DNA of 52,382 bases from Armatimonadota bacterium (lineage in GTDB: Bacteria; Armatimonadota; UBA10988), in contig JACRKZ010000181.1 of NCBI GenBank assembly GCA_016235455.1, forward strand, positions 1 to 52,382, in the 5' to 3' direction. Made by a program: the position numbers and the translations under genes. Shown one piece after another: positions 1 through 10,554 of this stretch; within the stretch, counting starts at the first letter, position 1; each line of letters opens with the position of its first letter. The notes under the pieces are model-generated. The model had not been told where the DNA came from. It ran no database searches and saw only the letters and a program-made list of their open reading frames with translations.

Positions 1-72
1 TGCCAGCCAGCCTCGAATGGGCGTATCCTAGCACGTCCGTGGCCATGCCAGAAGGGACAAGGGCACGCCCCC

Positions 73-1881
73 GTGTGGCAACCCTCGAGCATCGTCGGCG
101 CCATGGTTCTCTCCACTGCCGTCTCGGCGGGGCTGGCTGTCGCCATCTGGCGACAGCAGCAGACCGTCGCGGCGCGGTGGTTCGCGGCCGCCCTGATGGC
201 CACCGCGGTGGCCGCGCTGGGCAGCGCGCTGGAGGCCGCGTTCGTCCCGCTGAGCGCCAAGATCCTGGCCTCCAAGCTGGGCTACGTGGGCAATGTGGCC
301 ATCGGTCCGTGCTTCTTCATGTTCAGTATGGAGCATAGCCCGCCGCGGCCGGCGATGACCACGCGCCGCCATCTCGCGCTCTGGTTCCTGCCGCTAGTGA
401 CGCTGCTGCTGGTCTTCACCAACGAATGGCATCACCTGACCTGGCCGACCGTCACGCCGACCGCCGGCCCGCAAGGCGCCGCGGCCATCTATGGGCATGG
501 CCTGGGGGTGTGGGGCGTGGCCGGCTACAGCTACCTGCTCATGGCGGTCAGCACCGCGATGTTGCTGCGTACGGTGCGCCATGGACCGGCGCTCTACCGG
601 CAGCAGGCGCGGCCGGTGACCCTGGCCATTGGCGTTGGCATCCTGGCCAATGCCGCCTACCTGGCGGGGCTCAGCCCATGGCCCGGCGTCGACCTCCTGC
701 CGGTGGTCCTGTCGGGCTGCGGCGTACTGCTGGGCTGGAGCGTGTTCGGCCTGCGGCTGCTCGACCTGGTCCCCGTCGCTCGTGGCTTCGCCGTCGAGCA
801 TTTGACCGACGCCGTGCTGACCTTCGACCAGCGCCTGCGCCTGGTGGACGCCAACCCGGCCGCCCGCGGACTGCTCGACCGGCCGCTGGCGCCCGGCACC
901 TCCGCCGCGGAGGCGCTCGCCGGCTACCCGGTGGTGCTGGCCGCGCTGACTCAGGGCGTCGACGGCCGCGTCGACCAGCCGCTGTCCGTGGCCGGGCAGG
1001 CGGTGCGCTGGATCGACGCCTCGCTGACCACGTTGCGCTGGTTGGAGCGCCCGGTCGGCCGCGTGGTGGTCATGCGCGATGTGAGCGACGCGCGCCAGGC
1101 CGAGGCCAACCGCCACGAACTCCAGCGGCGGCTGGCCGACGCCCATCACGACGAATCGCTGGGCCGGCTGGCCGGCGGCGTGGCACACCATTTCAACAAC
1201 CAACTGGGCATCGTGCTGGGCCACCTGGAACTGGCGGAGCGGCAGCTGGCGGCGCTGCCCGGCAGCGACAAGGCCACCACCCATCTGGCGCGCACCCGCG
1301 CCGCCGCCGAGCGCATGGCCGCGTTGAGCCGCGAAATGCTGGCCTACTGCGGCGGGCTCTCGGTGCAACGCACGAGCATCCAGCTGGCCGATCTGGTGGC
1401 GGCGACATCGGAGCTGCTGCGCACCAATCTGCCCCGCGACGTGACGCTCACGCTCGACCTCGCGGCGGACCTGCCGCCGGCCGCGGTCGACGCCAACGAG
1501 CTGCGCAAGGTTCTGGGCCAGCTCATCACCAACGCCAGCGAAGCCTGTCAGGGCGGCGGCCAGATCACCATCCACGCCCGCGCCGTGCAGCACGATGGGC
1601 AGCCGCTGGGCGCAGGCTGGGAGAACGCCGAGGCCGTCTCCGCCGGGCTGTACGTCGAGCTGGCGGTCAGCGACACCGGCGCCGGCATGGGCTCGGATGT
1701 CGTCGAACACGCCTTCGAGCCCTTCTACACCACCAAGTTCACCGGCCGCGGCCTGGGCCTGGCCCAGGTGCTCGGCCTGGTTCGCGGCCATGAGGGCGCC
1801 GCGCGCATCGTCAGCGCGCCCGGCCGCGGCACCACCGTCGCGCTCTGGCTGCCCAGCGGACCCGGTCCGCTCACCCCCTAA
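73..1881 (+). CDS. Sensor histidine kinase with N-terminal 7TM (HisKA_7TM-like) region, PAS domain, HisKA and HATPase_c; no receiver domain
   Basis: About 7 hydrophobic segments; 'LVDANPAA' PAS motif; H-box 'LAGGVAHHFNN'; N-box 'QLITNASEA'; G-boxes 'SDTGAGM' and 'FEPFYTTKFTGRGLGL'. Start may be GTG73 or ATG103. Confidence 0.9.
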   Translation: MWQPSSIVGAMVLSTAVSAGLAVAIWRQQQTVAARWFAAALMATAVAALGSALEAAFVPLSAKILASKLGYVGNVAIGPCFFMFSMEHSPPRPAMTTRRHLALWFLPLVTLLLVFTNEWHHLTWPTVTPTAGPQGAAAIYGHGLGVWGVAGYSYLLMAVSTAMLLRTVRHGPALYRQQARPVTLAIGVGILANAAYLAGLSPWPGVDLLPVVLSGCGVLLGWSVFGLRLLDLVPVARGFAVEHLTDAVLTFDQRLRLVDANPAARGLLDRPLAPGTSAAEALAGYPVVLAALTQGVDGRVDQPLSVAGQAVRWIDASLTTLRWLERPVGRVVVMRDVSDARQAEANRHELQRRLADAHHDESLGRLAGGVAHHFNNQLGIVLGHLELAERQLAALPGSDKATTHLARTRAAAERMAALSREMLAYCGGLSVQRTSIQLADLVAATSELLRTNLPRDVTLTLDLAADLPPAAVDANELRKVLGQLITNASEACQGGGQITIHARAVQHDGQPLGAGWENAEAVSAGLYVELAVSDTGAGMGSDVVEHAFEPFYTTKFTGRGLGLAQVLGLVRGHEGAARIVSAPGRGTTVALWLPSGPGPLTP

Positions 1882-1891
1882 GGAAACCACC

Positions 1892-4567
1892 ATGACCAGC
1901 CTGCTGCTGTCGTTGCTCCTGCTCGCCGGCCCGACGCTGCCGTCGCTCGACCTGACCCGGCCCGGCGCCGCCCGCGAGTGGCAGGCCACCCACGACATCA
2001 GCGCGCTCACCGCCACCGCCGACGGCATGGTCATCGCCATCAGCGGCGGCGACCCCTACACGGTCGGACCGGCCCTGGAACTGCCCGCCGACCTGCCCCT
2101 GTGGCTGACTCTGCGGCTGCGGAGCGATGCTGGCGGCAACGGACAGGTGTTCTGGGCCCAACCCGGCTTCGCCGAGGAGCATTCGGCGCACTTCCTGGCC
2201 AAGGCCGGGCAGTGGGTCGAGGTCAAGGTCCCTATCCCCGCGATTGGCCCCAGCACGCGCCTGCGCTTCGACCCGCCGGGCACCTCGGGCACCTGCACCG
2301 TGGCGCGCATCGGCTTCCTGCCGCGCGTGCTCAAGAGCGCGCCCACCTGGCCGCAGCCGACCGTACCCGTCCTGCCCGCCGACGCACCGTCGCTCACCGC
2401 TGGCCAGCTCACGCTGCGGCATCATGCCAGCCAGCTGGGCGCCTTCGCCCTGCGCTATGGCCAGGAACTGCTCGCCTGTGGCCAGAACCAGCCGCGCATC
2501 GGCTACACGCTGGGCGACCGCGGCCGCTGGTTCGAGCCGTCGGCCGGCCGCACCACGGCGCGCGCCGAGCGCGGACGGCTGGTGGTCACCACCCAGGCCA
2601 CCGACCCCGACGACGCGCAGTGGACCCTGACCACCACCTTCTCCGCCGGCCCGCGGCCCGACAGCCTGGCAGTCGAGGCCCGCGTGGTCGTCGACCGCGA
2701 CCGGCAGGTGGACTACCTGCCGTTGTTCACGCTCTTCCCCGGGCTGGGCAACTGGGGCACGGCGCGCAACCAGGCGCTGCTGGCCGGCGTGGAGTACCTG
2801 GACATGCCCGACCTGTCCAGCAGCGAGGCCGACCTGACCGGCACGCAGGCTCAGCGCCAGGTGACCGACACGGCCCGGCTGACCATGCCGCTCATGGCCT
2901 GCCAGGCGCTCGGACACTGGGTCTCGTTGAGCTGGCAGCCCATGCCCAACCTGTGCGCCGTGTTCGACTCCCCCGACCGCCTGTTCTCCTCGGGCGCCGG
3001 CGTCATGGGTCTGCTCTACCCAGGCTCCGACGGGCTCAACCGGCCCGAAGGCAGCCTGCTGCCGTACGACTCGCTGCTGCTACCCGCCAACCGGCCCGTC
3101 ACGCTGCGCGCGTGGATCACCGCTGGCCGCGGCGCCTCGGTAGTGCCCGCCGTGCAGGCTTACGTGGCGCAGAACCCGCTGCCGCCCGTGCCCCGGGTCG
3201 ACGCCGCGCGCTATGTCAAGGAAGCCGCCCACGGCTGGCTCGACACGCCCATCCGCACCGACGACCAGTACCGCCACGCCTGGTGGCCCGGCGTCAGCGG
3301 GTTCGGCCCGCAGCCGGCGGCCGACGCGGCGGTCTACGAGGCCTGGCTGGCCCAGCGCTGCGGCGACCCGGCCCTGGCCCAGCGCCTGACCGACGCCGCG
3401 CAAGCCGCGCTGGCCAAGGTGCCGCCAGCGCAGCGCGCTCAGGCCGGCGTCAGCCATGTGCGCTACCCGCTGGCCCCGCTGGTGTTCGGCGGCATAGACG
3501 AGATGGTGACCACGGCACGCGACCAGGGCCGCGCCCTGCTCGGCCGCTTCCAGCCCGACGGCAGCATCCCCTACGTGGCCTCGCCCGACCGACCCGACTA
3601 CGGCCGCACGCATTATGCCAAGGACGCCAACGGGCTCACCGCGCAGGTGGTCACCCTCGTGCTCGAATCGGCCATGATCAGCGGCGACGCTCAACTGCGC
3701 ACCGACGCGCTGCGCGTGCTGCGCGCGCTGGACAAGTTCGACAACACCGTGCCCCGCGGCGCGCAGACCTGGGAGTGCGCACTGCACACGCCCGACATCC
3801 TGGCCTCGGCCCACCTGGTCAAGGCCTATACCATGGGCTACGAGCTGACCGGCGACGCCACGCTGCTCGACCGCGCGCGCTACTGGGCCTGGACCGGCGT
3901 ACCGTTCACCTACCTCGCCCCGCCCACCGACCAGCCCGTCGGCCTGTACGCCACCACGCCGGTGCTCGGCGCCACCCAGTGGGTTTCGCCCAACTGGATC
4001 GGCCTGCCGGTGCAGTGGTGCGGCCTGGTTTACTCCGACGCGCTGTATCGCCTGGCCCGGATCGATCGCGACAGCCCCTGGCGCCAACTGGCCGACGGCA
4101 TCACCGCCTCCGGCATCCAGCAGAGCTGGCCCGCCGGCGACGACAGCCTGGTCGGATTGTTGCCGGACAGTTTCAACCTGAAGGGCCAATCCCGCAACCC
4201 CGTGGCCATCAATCCGGGTACGGTGCAGGCCAACGCGGTGCAGTTGTTCGACCGCGCGCCGCTCTACTCGAGTTGGGTCGACCGCACCAACGGGCTCATC
4301 GTCCACGCCCCGGGCGGCCTGACGCTGGCGCGCGCCTTCCCGGGCATGCTGGAACTCGACCTGCGCGCCTGGAAAAGGCCTGGCGGGCAGGTTCTGGTGA
4401 CCGGCAAGACGACCGACTGGCTGGCCCGCGTGGACGGCAAGACGGTCCCGCCCAGTACCGGCCGCGCCTGGCTCGTGCTGCCCGCCGGGCGACGCATCCA
4501 GCTCTACCATAGCTCGCTGGCCGCACAGGGATTGTTGCCGCTGGATAACGCCGGATCGATCCGCTAG
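1892..4567 (+). CDS. Large secreted hypothetical protein (possible CBM-like N-terminus plus alpha/alpha-toroid carbohydrate-active domain)
   Basis: AGGA RBS before ATG1892; signal-like 'MTSLLLSLLLLAG'; strong GC3 codon bias; 'LRFDP' CBM-like motif; Trp/Tyr-rich helical C-terminal half with 'PRGAQTWE'. Function is inferred only. Confidence 0.75.
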   Translation: MTSLLLSLLLLAGPTLPSLDLTRPGAAREWQATHDISALTATADGMVIAISGGDPYTVGPALELPADLPLWLTLRLRSDAGGNGQVFWAQPGFAEEHSAHFLAKAGQWVEVKVPIPAIGPSTRLRFDPPGTSGTCTVARIGFLPRVLKSAPTWPQPTVPVLPADAPSLTAGQLTLRHHASQLGAFALRYGQELLACGQNQPRIGYTLGDRGRWFEPSAGRTTARAERGRLVVTTQATDPDDAQWTLTTTFSAGPRPDSLAVEARVVVDRDRQVDYLPLFTLFPGLGNWGTARNQALLAGVEYLDMPDLSSSEADLTGTQAQRQVTDTARLTMPLMACQALGHWVSLSWQPMPNLCAVFDSPDRLFSSGAGVMGLLYPGSDGLNRPEGSLLPYDSLLLPANRPVTLRAWITAGRGASVVPAVQAYVAQNPLPPVPRVDAARYVKEAAHGWLDTPIRTDDQYRHAWWPGVSGFGPQPAADAAVYEAWLAQRCGDPALAQRLTDAAQAALAKVPPAQRAQAGVSHVRYPLAPLVFGGIDEMVTTARDQGRALLGRFQPDGSIPYVASPDRPDYGRTHYAKDANGLTAQVVTLVLESAMISGDAQLRTDALRVLRALDKFDNTVPRGAQTWECALHTPDILASAHLVKAYTMGYELTGDATLLDRARYWAWTGVPFTYLAPPTDQPVGLYATTPVLGATQWVSPNWIGLPVQWCGLVYSDALYRLARIDRDSPWRQLADGITASGIQQSWPAGDDSLVGLLPDSFNLKGQSRNPVAINPGTVQANAVQLFDRAPLYSSWVDRTNGLIVHAPGGLTLARAFPGMLELDLRAWKRPGGQVLVTGKTTDWLARVDGKTVPPSTGRAWLVLPAGRRIQLYHSSLAAQGLLPLDNAGSIR

Positions 4568-4601
4568 AAGCCGTCGGCGTAATCAAAAGTTCATAATAAG
4601 G

Positions 4602-4710
4602 CCCTTCGCTTGAAACGGCGGCGCGCGACCATGCGCCTGACGGCGAGGCCGGTGGCCCTGGGTAACGCTAGGACGACCATGGCTCCCGCCCGCCGCGAGC
4701 GAAGGGAGAT
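4602..4710 (+). promoter_or_regulatory. Structured 5' leader sequestering the RBS; candidate riboswitch (Moco/Wco-like)
   Basis: CCCTTCGCTTG(4602-12) pairs with CGAGCGAAGGG(4696-4706), which covers the SD; CGGCGG/CCGCCG and CCATG/CATGG extend the stem; inner hairpins CGCC-TGAC-GGCG and CCTGG-GTAACG-CTAGG; CATAAT -10-like box at 4592-97. Confidence 0.4.
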
Positions 4711-4716
4711 ACCGAC

Positions 4717-5391
4717 ATGAAGCGAGCGTTCTGGGGGCTGGCGACAGCCGCGCTGACGCTGTGGGGCACGGCCGCGGTGGCCACGCCATCCACCAACATC
4801 TGGAACCCGAGCACCGACATCCAGGCCAAGGGCGTGTACCACGTCGGCGTGGACACCTACTTCTCGGTAGCCAAGAACGTGTCCAAACCGGTCAACTTCC
4901 CGATCGACCTGGGTCTGACCTACGGTTTGCCGTACGGCTTCGAGATTGGCATCGACCTGGTCGAGCCGGCGGCCAACCCGGTGCTGTTCAACGCCAAATG
5001 GGGCCTGCCCGAGCATGACCAGTGGCCGGCGGTGGCCGTGGGCATCATGGGCGTGGGCATCCACCGGGCCAGCGGCACCAACCAGGTCTATGGTCTGCTG
5101 AGCAAGACCTTCGGCAACTACGGTCGCCTGACCGCGGGCGGCTACTTTGCCAACCCCAATCTGGTGGGCAATGACAATGTCGGCGGCATCGTGGCCTGGG
5201 ACAAGTCGTTCGGCCCCAAGTGGTGGGCCAGCATCGACTACGCCACCGGACGCAACGCCTGCGGCGGTCTGGGCATCGGCGCCGCCTACAAGCTGGCGCC
5301 GAACGTCGGCGTCATTGCCGGGTATACCTTCTTCCCCGACAACGCCGTGGCCAATGACACGGTCACCCTCCAATTCGACCTCGACTTCTAG
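4717..5391 (+). CDS. Outer-membrane beta-barrel protein (putative porin)
   Basis: Signal peptide ending AVA; alternating amphipathic strands with aromatic girdle residues; C-terminal Phe ('LQFDLDF', BAM-type signal). Confidence 0.8.
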   Translation: MKRAFWGLATAALTLWGTAAVATPSTNIWNPSTDIQAKGVYHVGVDTYFSVAKNVSKPVNFPIDLGLTYGLPYGFEIGIDLVEPAANPVLFNAKWGLPEHDQWPAVAVGIMGVGIHRASGTNQVYGLLSKTFGNYGRLTAGGYFANPNLVGNDNVGGIVAWDKSFGPKWWASIDYATGRNACGGLGIGAAYKLAPNVGVIAGYTFFPDNAVANDTVTLQFDLDF

Positions 5392-5428
5392 GCACCCAGC
5401 GCAGGGGGTCCCGCAACGCAGACAGAGA

Positions 5429-5459
5429 CGCAGACCCCGCCTGCCCGGCGGGGTTTGCG
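5429..5459 (+). terminator. Putative intrinsic terminator hairpin after the porin gene
   Basis: 13-bp stem CGCAGACCCCGCC / GGCGGGGTTTGCG (one G-U) with a 5-nt loop; U-tract is weak. Confidence 0.5.
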
Positions 5460-5471
5460 GTTGGGGTTGCG

Positions 5472-5500
5472 TTGACGTGCCGGCCGTCAAACACTACAAT
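5472..5500 (+). promoter_or_regulatory. Sigma70-type promoter of the liv operon with overlapping palindrome
   Basis: TTGACG-N17-TACAAT; the -35 hexamer is the left arm of TTGACG-N7-CGTCAA. Confidence 0.7.
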
Positions 5501-5535
5501 CGCTCCACCCTAGAGAGAAAGTCGAGGGCATCGCC

Positions 5536-6795
5536 ATGAGAGCCGTCTGCCGCGTCCTGTCGTTGACGATCGCCGCGTTTGCGCTGGTCATGCTGACGGG
5601 CTGTCCGCCCACCCAACCTGCGGGCGAAACGAGCCCCAAGCCGGGCGAGACGCCCAAGACCGATCCTGGCAACAAGCCCACCGCGGGCGGCGCCGGCACC
5701 AAGACGTCGTGGGGCGAGGATGGCGGCGTCGTCATCGGCTCGTACATGTCCCTGACGGGCGGCACGGCCACCTTCGGCCAGAGCTCCAACATGGCCATGG
5801 GCATGGCGGTGGAGCAGGCCAACGCCAAGGGCGGCGTACTGGGCAAGAAGATCAAGCTGGTGGTGGAAGACGCGGCCAGCAAGGCCGAGGATGCAGCCAA
5901 CGCGGCCCAGCGCCTGCTCGACGTGCACAAGGTCTGCCTCGGCATCGGCGAAGTGGCCTCGAGCCTGTCGCTGGCGGCGGCGCCGAGCTTCCAGAAGGCC
6001 GGCATCCCCATGCTCACGCCCGCCTCGACCAACCCCGAGGTGACCAAGAAGGGCGACTGCATCTTCCGCTCCTGCTTCACTGATGACCAGCAGGGCGCCT
6101 ACGTGGCCAGCTTCGCGATCAAGAAGGGCCTCAAGAAGGGCGTCATTCTCAAGGACATCACCAGCGACTACTCCAAGGGCTTGACGGAAGTCATCGGCAA
6201 GGTCTTCCCCGGCTCGGGCCGCACCATCGACCGGGTCGAAGCCTACAAGCAGGGCGACCGTGACTTCGCGGCCATCCTGACCAAGATCAAGGAACTCAAG
6301 CCGGACGTGATCTTCATTCCCGGCTACTACGAAGAGGTCGGCCTGATCATCAAGCAGGCGCGGGAGCAGGGCATCACCGCCACGCTGCTGGGCGCCGACG
6401 GCTGGGACAGCCCCAAGCTGGCCGAGATTGCCGGCGCAAGCCTCGATGACAAGTGCTTCTTCGTCAACCACTACGCCCAGAGCGACCCGCGCCCGGTGGT
6501 GCAGGCCTTCGTCACCGAATTCCGGAAGCGCTACAACGAGGATCCCGACGCGCTGGCAGCCTGCGCCTACGACGCGATGAACATCGCGCTCCGGGCCATC
6601 GAGCGCGCTCAGGGCACCGACAAGGACGCGCTGAAGAAGGCCCTGGCAGCCACCAAGGACTACGACGGCGTGACCGGCACCATCACCCTGGACGCCGACC
6701 GCAACGCCAGCAAGTCGTGCGTGGTGCTGGGCTTCGAGGGCGGCAAGCAGAAGGCTGCCGGGACCATCACGCCGGCTGACCTCAAGGCCAAATAG
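5536..6795 (+). CDS. livK: Branched-chain amino acid ABC transporter substrate-binding lipoprotein
   Basis: Lipobox 'LTGC'; Pro/Thr/Gly linker; 'SLTGGTATFG', 'NAKGGVLGKKIKLVVED', 'YDGVTGTITLDADRNA' typical of LivK/LivJ. Confidence 0.9.
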   Translation: MRAVCRVLSLTIAAFALVMLTGCPPTQPAGETSPKPGETPKTDPGNKPTAGGAGTKTSWGEDGGVVIGSYMSLTGGTATFGQSSNMAMGMAVEQANAKGGVLGKKIKLVVEDAASKAEDAANAAQRLLDVHKVCLGIGEVASSLSLAAAPSFQKAGIPMLTPASTNPEVTKKGDCIFRSCFTDDQQGAYVASFAIKKGLKKGVILKDITSDYSKGLTEVIGKVFPGSGRTIDRVEAYKQGDRDFAAILTKIKELKPDVIFIPGYYEEVGLIIKQAREQGITATLLGADGWDSPKLAEIAGASLDDKCFFVNHYAQSDPRPVVQAFVTEFRKRYNEDPDALAACAYDAMNIALRAIERAQGTDKDALKKALAATKDYDGVTGTITLDADRNASKSCVVLGFEGGKQKAAGTITPADLKAK

Positions 6796-6824
6796 CCCTC
6801 ACCGGGGCAGTCTGGAGCGCGCGT

Positions 6825-8087
6825 TTGGCCGGAGCAAGCCAGCTTCTACAGTGGGTCGGCCTGGCCGGGGCGGTGGTGCTGTTCGTACCCAAGGCATCGC
6901 CCCGGCTCAAGGCGGCCGGCCTGCTGGTTCTAGCGGGCTGCGCCGCCGCACTGATCCATAGCGGCCAGACCAGCGGGCTGCAGCAGATGCTCAACGGCCT
7001 GTTCGTGGGCAGCATCTATGCGCTCATCGCGCTGGGCTACACCATGGTCTATGGTGTGCTCAAGCTGATCAACTTCGCCCATGGCGAGGTGTTCATGGTC
7101 GGCGCGTTCCTGGGCTGGTTCACGCTGTCAGCGCTCCGTGCCTGGCCGACGTTGGCGTTGCTGGCGGCCATGGCGGTGGCCATGGTCGGCTGCGCGGCGC
7201 TCGGCGTGGTGTTGGAGCGCGCAGCCTACCGCCCGTTGCGCGGGGCGCCGCGGCTGGCCGCGCTGATCACCGCCATTGGCGCTTCGCTGTTGCTCCAGAA
7301 CCTGGGCCTGTTGGTCATGGGTGCCTCGCCCAAGGCCGTGCCCGGCGTCATGGAGACCGCCACGCTGCAGCCGGTGCTGCGCGCCACCGGCCTGGTGGTC
7401 AATCGCCCGGCGCTGGTCACCGTGGTCGCCGCGCTGCTGCTCATGGTCGGGTTGCAGTTCCTGGTACATCGCACCCGTCTGGGTCGAGCCATGCGCGCGG
7501 TCAGCGAAGACCGCGAGGCGGCGCAGTTGATGGGCGTCGATGTCGACCACATCATCGCCTGGACGTTCATCATCGGCTCCGCCCTGGCCGGCGCCGGTGG
7601 CGTGCTCTACGCCCTGCGCTACTCGACCATCAGCCCCGGCATGGGCCTGCTGCCTGGCCTCAAGGCCTTTGTGGCGGCGGTGCTCGGCGGCATCGGCAGC
7701 ATTCGCGGCGCCATGGTCGGCGCCATGCTCATCGGCGTCACCGAGACGCTGGTGGCGGCCACGACGTTCACGCAGACGCAGATTGTCGCCGGCCTGCTGT
7801 GGCTGGTCATGCTGCTGGCCTTCTGGCGGCTGGGCCAGGCGCAGCTACACCGCCTGGGCCGCCATGGCCGCGGGCTGCTCCTGCGTTGGCTGGCCATGGT
7901 CGGCGTGACCGCGGCCAGCGCCGTCGTGGCCGGCATCGCAGCCATTCCCATCGCCGCCTGGATCCCGGGCGACAGCCCGATCAACGGTTCGACCTACCAG
8001 GACGCGGCGGTCTTTGCCGTGCTCGTGCTCATTCTGATCATCAAGCCCACCGGCCTGATGGGCAGTTACGCGCCGGAGAAGGTGTGA
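6825..8087 (+). CDS. livH: Branched-chain amino acid ABC permease LivH (with extra TM segments)
   Basis: 'NGLFVGSIYALIALGYTMVYGVLKLINFAHGE', 'GRAMRAVSED', 'KAFVAAVLGGIGSIRGA'. Start (TTG6825) uncertain. Confidence 0.9.
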   Translation: MAGASQLLQWVGLAGAVVLFVPKASPRLKAAGLLVLAGCAAALIHSGQTSGLQQMLNGLFVGSIYALIALGYTMVYGVLKLINFAHGEVFMVGAFLGWFTLSALRAWPTLALLAAMAVAMVGCAALGVVLERAAYRPLRGAPRLAALITAIGASLLLQNLGLLVMGASPKAVPGVMETATLQPVLRATGLVVNRPALVTVVAALLLMVGLQFLVHRTRLGRAMRAVSEDREAAQLMGVDVDHIIAWTFIIGSALAGAGGVLYALRYSTISPGMGLLPGLKAFVAAVLGGIGSIRGAMVGAMLIGVTETLVAATTFTQTQIVAGLLWLVMLLAFWRLGQAQLHRLGRHGRGLLLRWLAMVGVTAASAVVAGIAAIPIAAWIPGDSPINGSTYQDAAVFAVLVLILIIKPTGLMGSYAPEKV

Positions 8088-9789
8088 TGGCCGCAGCAGA
8101 CGCCCGGCCCCAAGCCGTCCATTCGGGCAGCATCTGGCGCTGGCTGCTGGCGGTCACGCTGGCCCTGGCGCTGGCCGAGCCCCTGGTCACGGGGCACACC
8201 AGCGGCTATGCCCAGCGCATCATCATCCTGGCCGGCATCAACATCGTGCTGGCGGTCAGCCTGAACCTGGTCAACGGCATCACCGGCCAGTTCAGCATCG
8301 GCCACGCCGGCTTCATGGCCATCGGCGCCTACGTGTCGGCGGCCATCACGGTGTTCGGCGGCCTGGCACTGGAGCAGTGGGCCGCCTCGGGCCATCTCGA
8401 CCCAGCGCGGCCGGTGCTCAACCTGTTCCTCGTCGGCCAGCCGGGGCTGGGCGTGCAGCTGCGCGCCCAGGTCTGGTTCGCCTTCGCGCTGCTGTCGGGC
8501 GGCGCCGCGGCGGCGCTGGCCGGCGTGCTGGTCGGCCTGCCGACGCTGCGTCTGCGCGGCGACTACCTGGCCATCGCCACGCTCGGCTTCGGCGAGATCG
8601 TGCGCGTCATCCTGCTCAACCTCGACGTGGTCGGCGGCGCCAGCGGATTCACCGGCACCCAGCCGTTCAACAAGCTGCCCAGCTACACCAACTTCTTCAA
8701 CACCTACCTGTGCGCGGCGGTGACGGTCTTCGCCATCACGGCGCTCGGCCGCAGCACGCGCGGCCGCGCGCTCGTCGCCATCCGCGACGACGAGGTGGCG
8801 GCCGAGGCCGTGGGCATCGACACCATCCGCTTCAAGGTCGGCGCGTTTGCGCTGAGCGCCTTCTTCGCCGGCGTGGCGGGCGGCCTGCTGGCGCACTACC
8901 TGTCGGTCATCATCCCCACGCCGACCATGTTCGGGTTCATGCGCAGCATCGAGATCATCGCCATGGTGGTGCTCGGCGGCACCGGCAGCACCACCGGCGC
9001 CGTGCTGGCCGCCATCGTGCTGACAGTGCTGCCCGAGCGCCTGCGCGACCTGGACCAGTGGCGCATGGTGCTCTATGCCGAGGTGCTCATCGTCATGATG
9101 CTCGTGCGCCGCCAGGGCCTGCTGGGCCGCGCCGAGCTGACCGACGCCTCGTGGCGACGACTGGGCGAGTGGCTGCGCGGCGGCCGTCGCGGCGGCGGGC
9201 TCAAGCGGACGCTCGGCACCTGGCGTGACGCCCTGCGCCAACGCTTCTTTGTCGTCGGCATGGCGCCGCTGACCGGCTGGGTGGCGCTGGGGTTGTGGTG
9301 CCTGCCCATCCTCGACCTGCTCATCTTCCTACCGGCGCTGGGTGAGATGCTGACCCGCGCGCTCAACGCCAAGCCGGCGGCGTGGCTGGCCTATGCCGGT
9401 CTGCCGCCGCGCATGTTCGCCGCCGATGTGGTCTCGGCGCTGACCTCGCTGGTGCCGGCGGGCCTGAAGGCCGTGCCCATCTTCGCCGCGCTGGCGCCGC
9501 AGATCAAGCTGCCGCTGGAGGCCAACCCCGGCCTGTCGCTGGCCGTGTTGCCGCTGGCCCTGCCCTGGGCGGCGCTGTGCACGCGGCTGGCGCGCGGTGA
9601 CAAGCGCGCCCTGCTGTGGCTCGGCGGCCTGCTACTGCTGGCGACCTGGCATGCGCTGGGCAACCTGGCCGGCGGTATGCACGGCGGCCGAGTGCTCGTG
9701 GAGACCGTGGTGGCGCTGCTGGCGCTGGCCGGCCTGGCCACGCAACTGGGCGCCCGGCGGCGCCTCCCGGCTGGCGAGGAGGCGCGCTG

Positions 9790-9790
<1 letters not shown>
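8087..9790 (+). CDS. livM: Branched-chain amino acid ABC permease LivM with long C-terminal hydrophobic extension
   Basis: ATG overlaps the livH stop (TGATG); 'GQFSIGHAGF', 'LRLRGDYLAIATLGFGEI', 'VVLGGTGS'. Confidence 0.88.
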
Positions 9791-10548
<758 letters not shown>

Positions 10549-10554
10549 CCGACG

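Noticed and set aside
4577-4600. ModE-box-like AT-rich sequence upstream of the porin
   Set aside because: Too few matches to CGTTATATA-N-TATATAACG; explained adequately as a -10 region.
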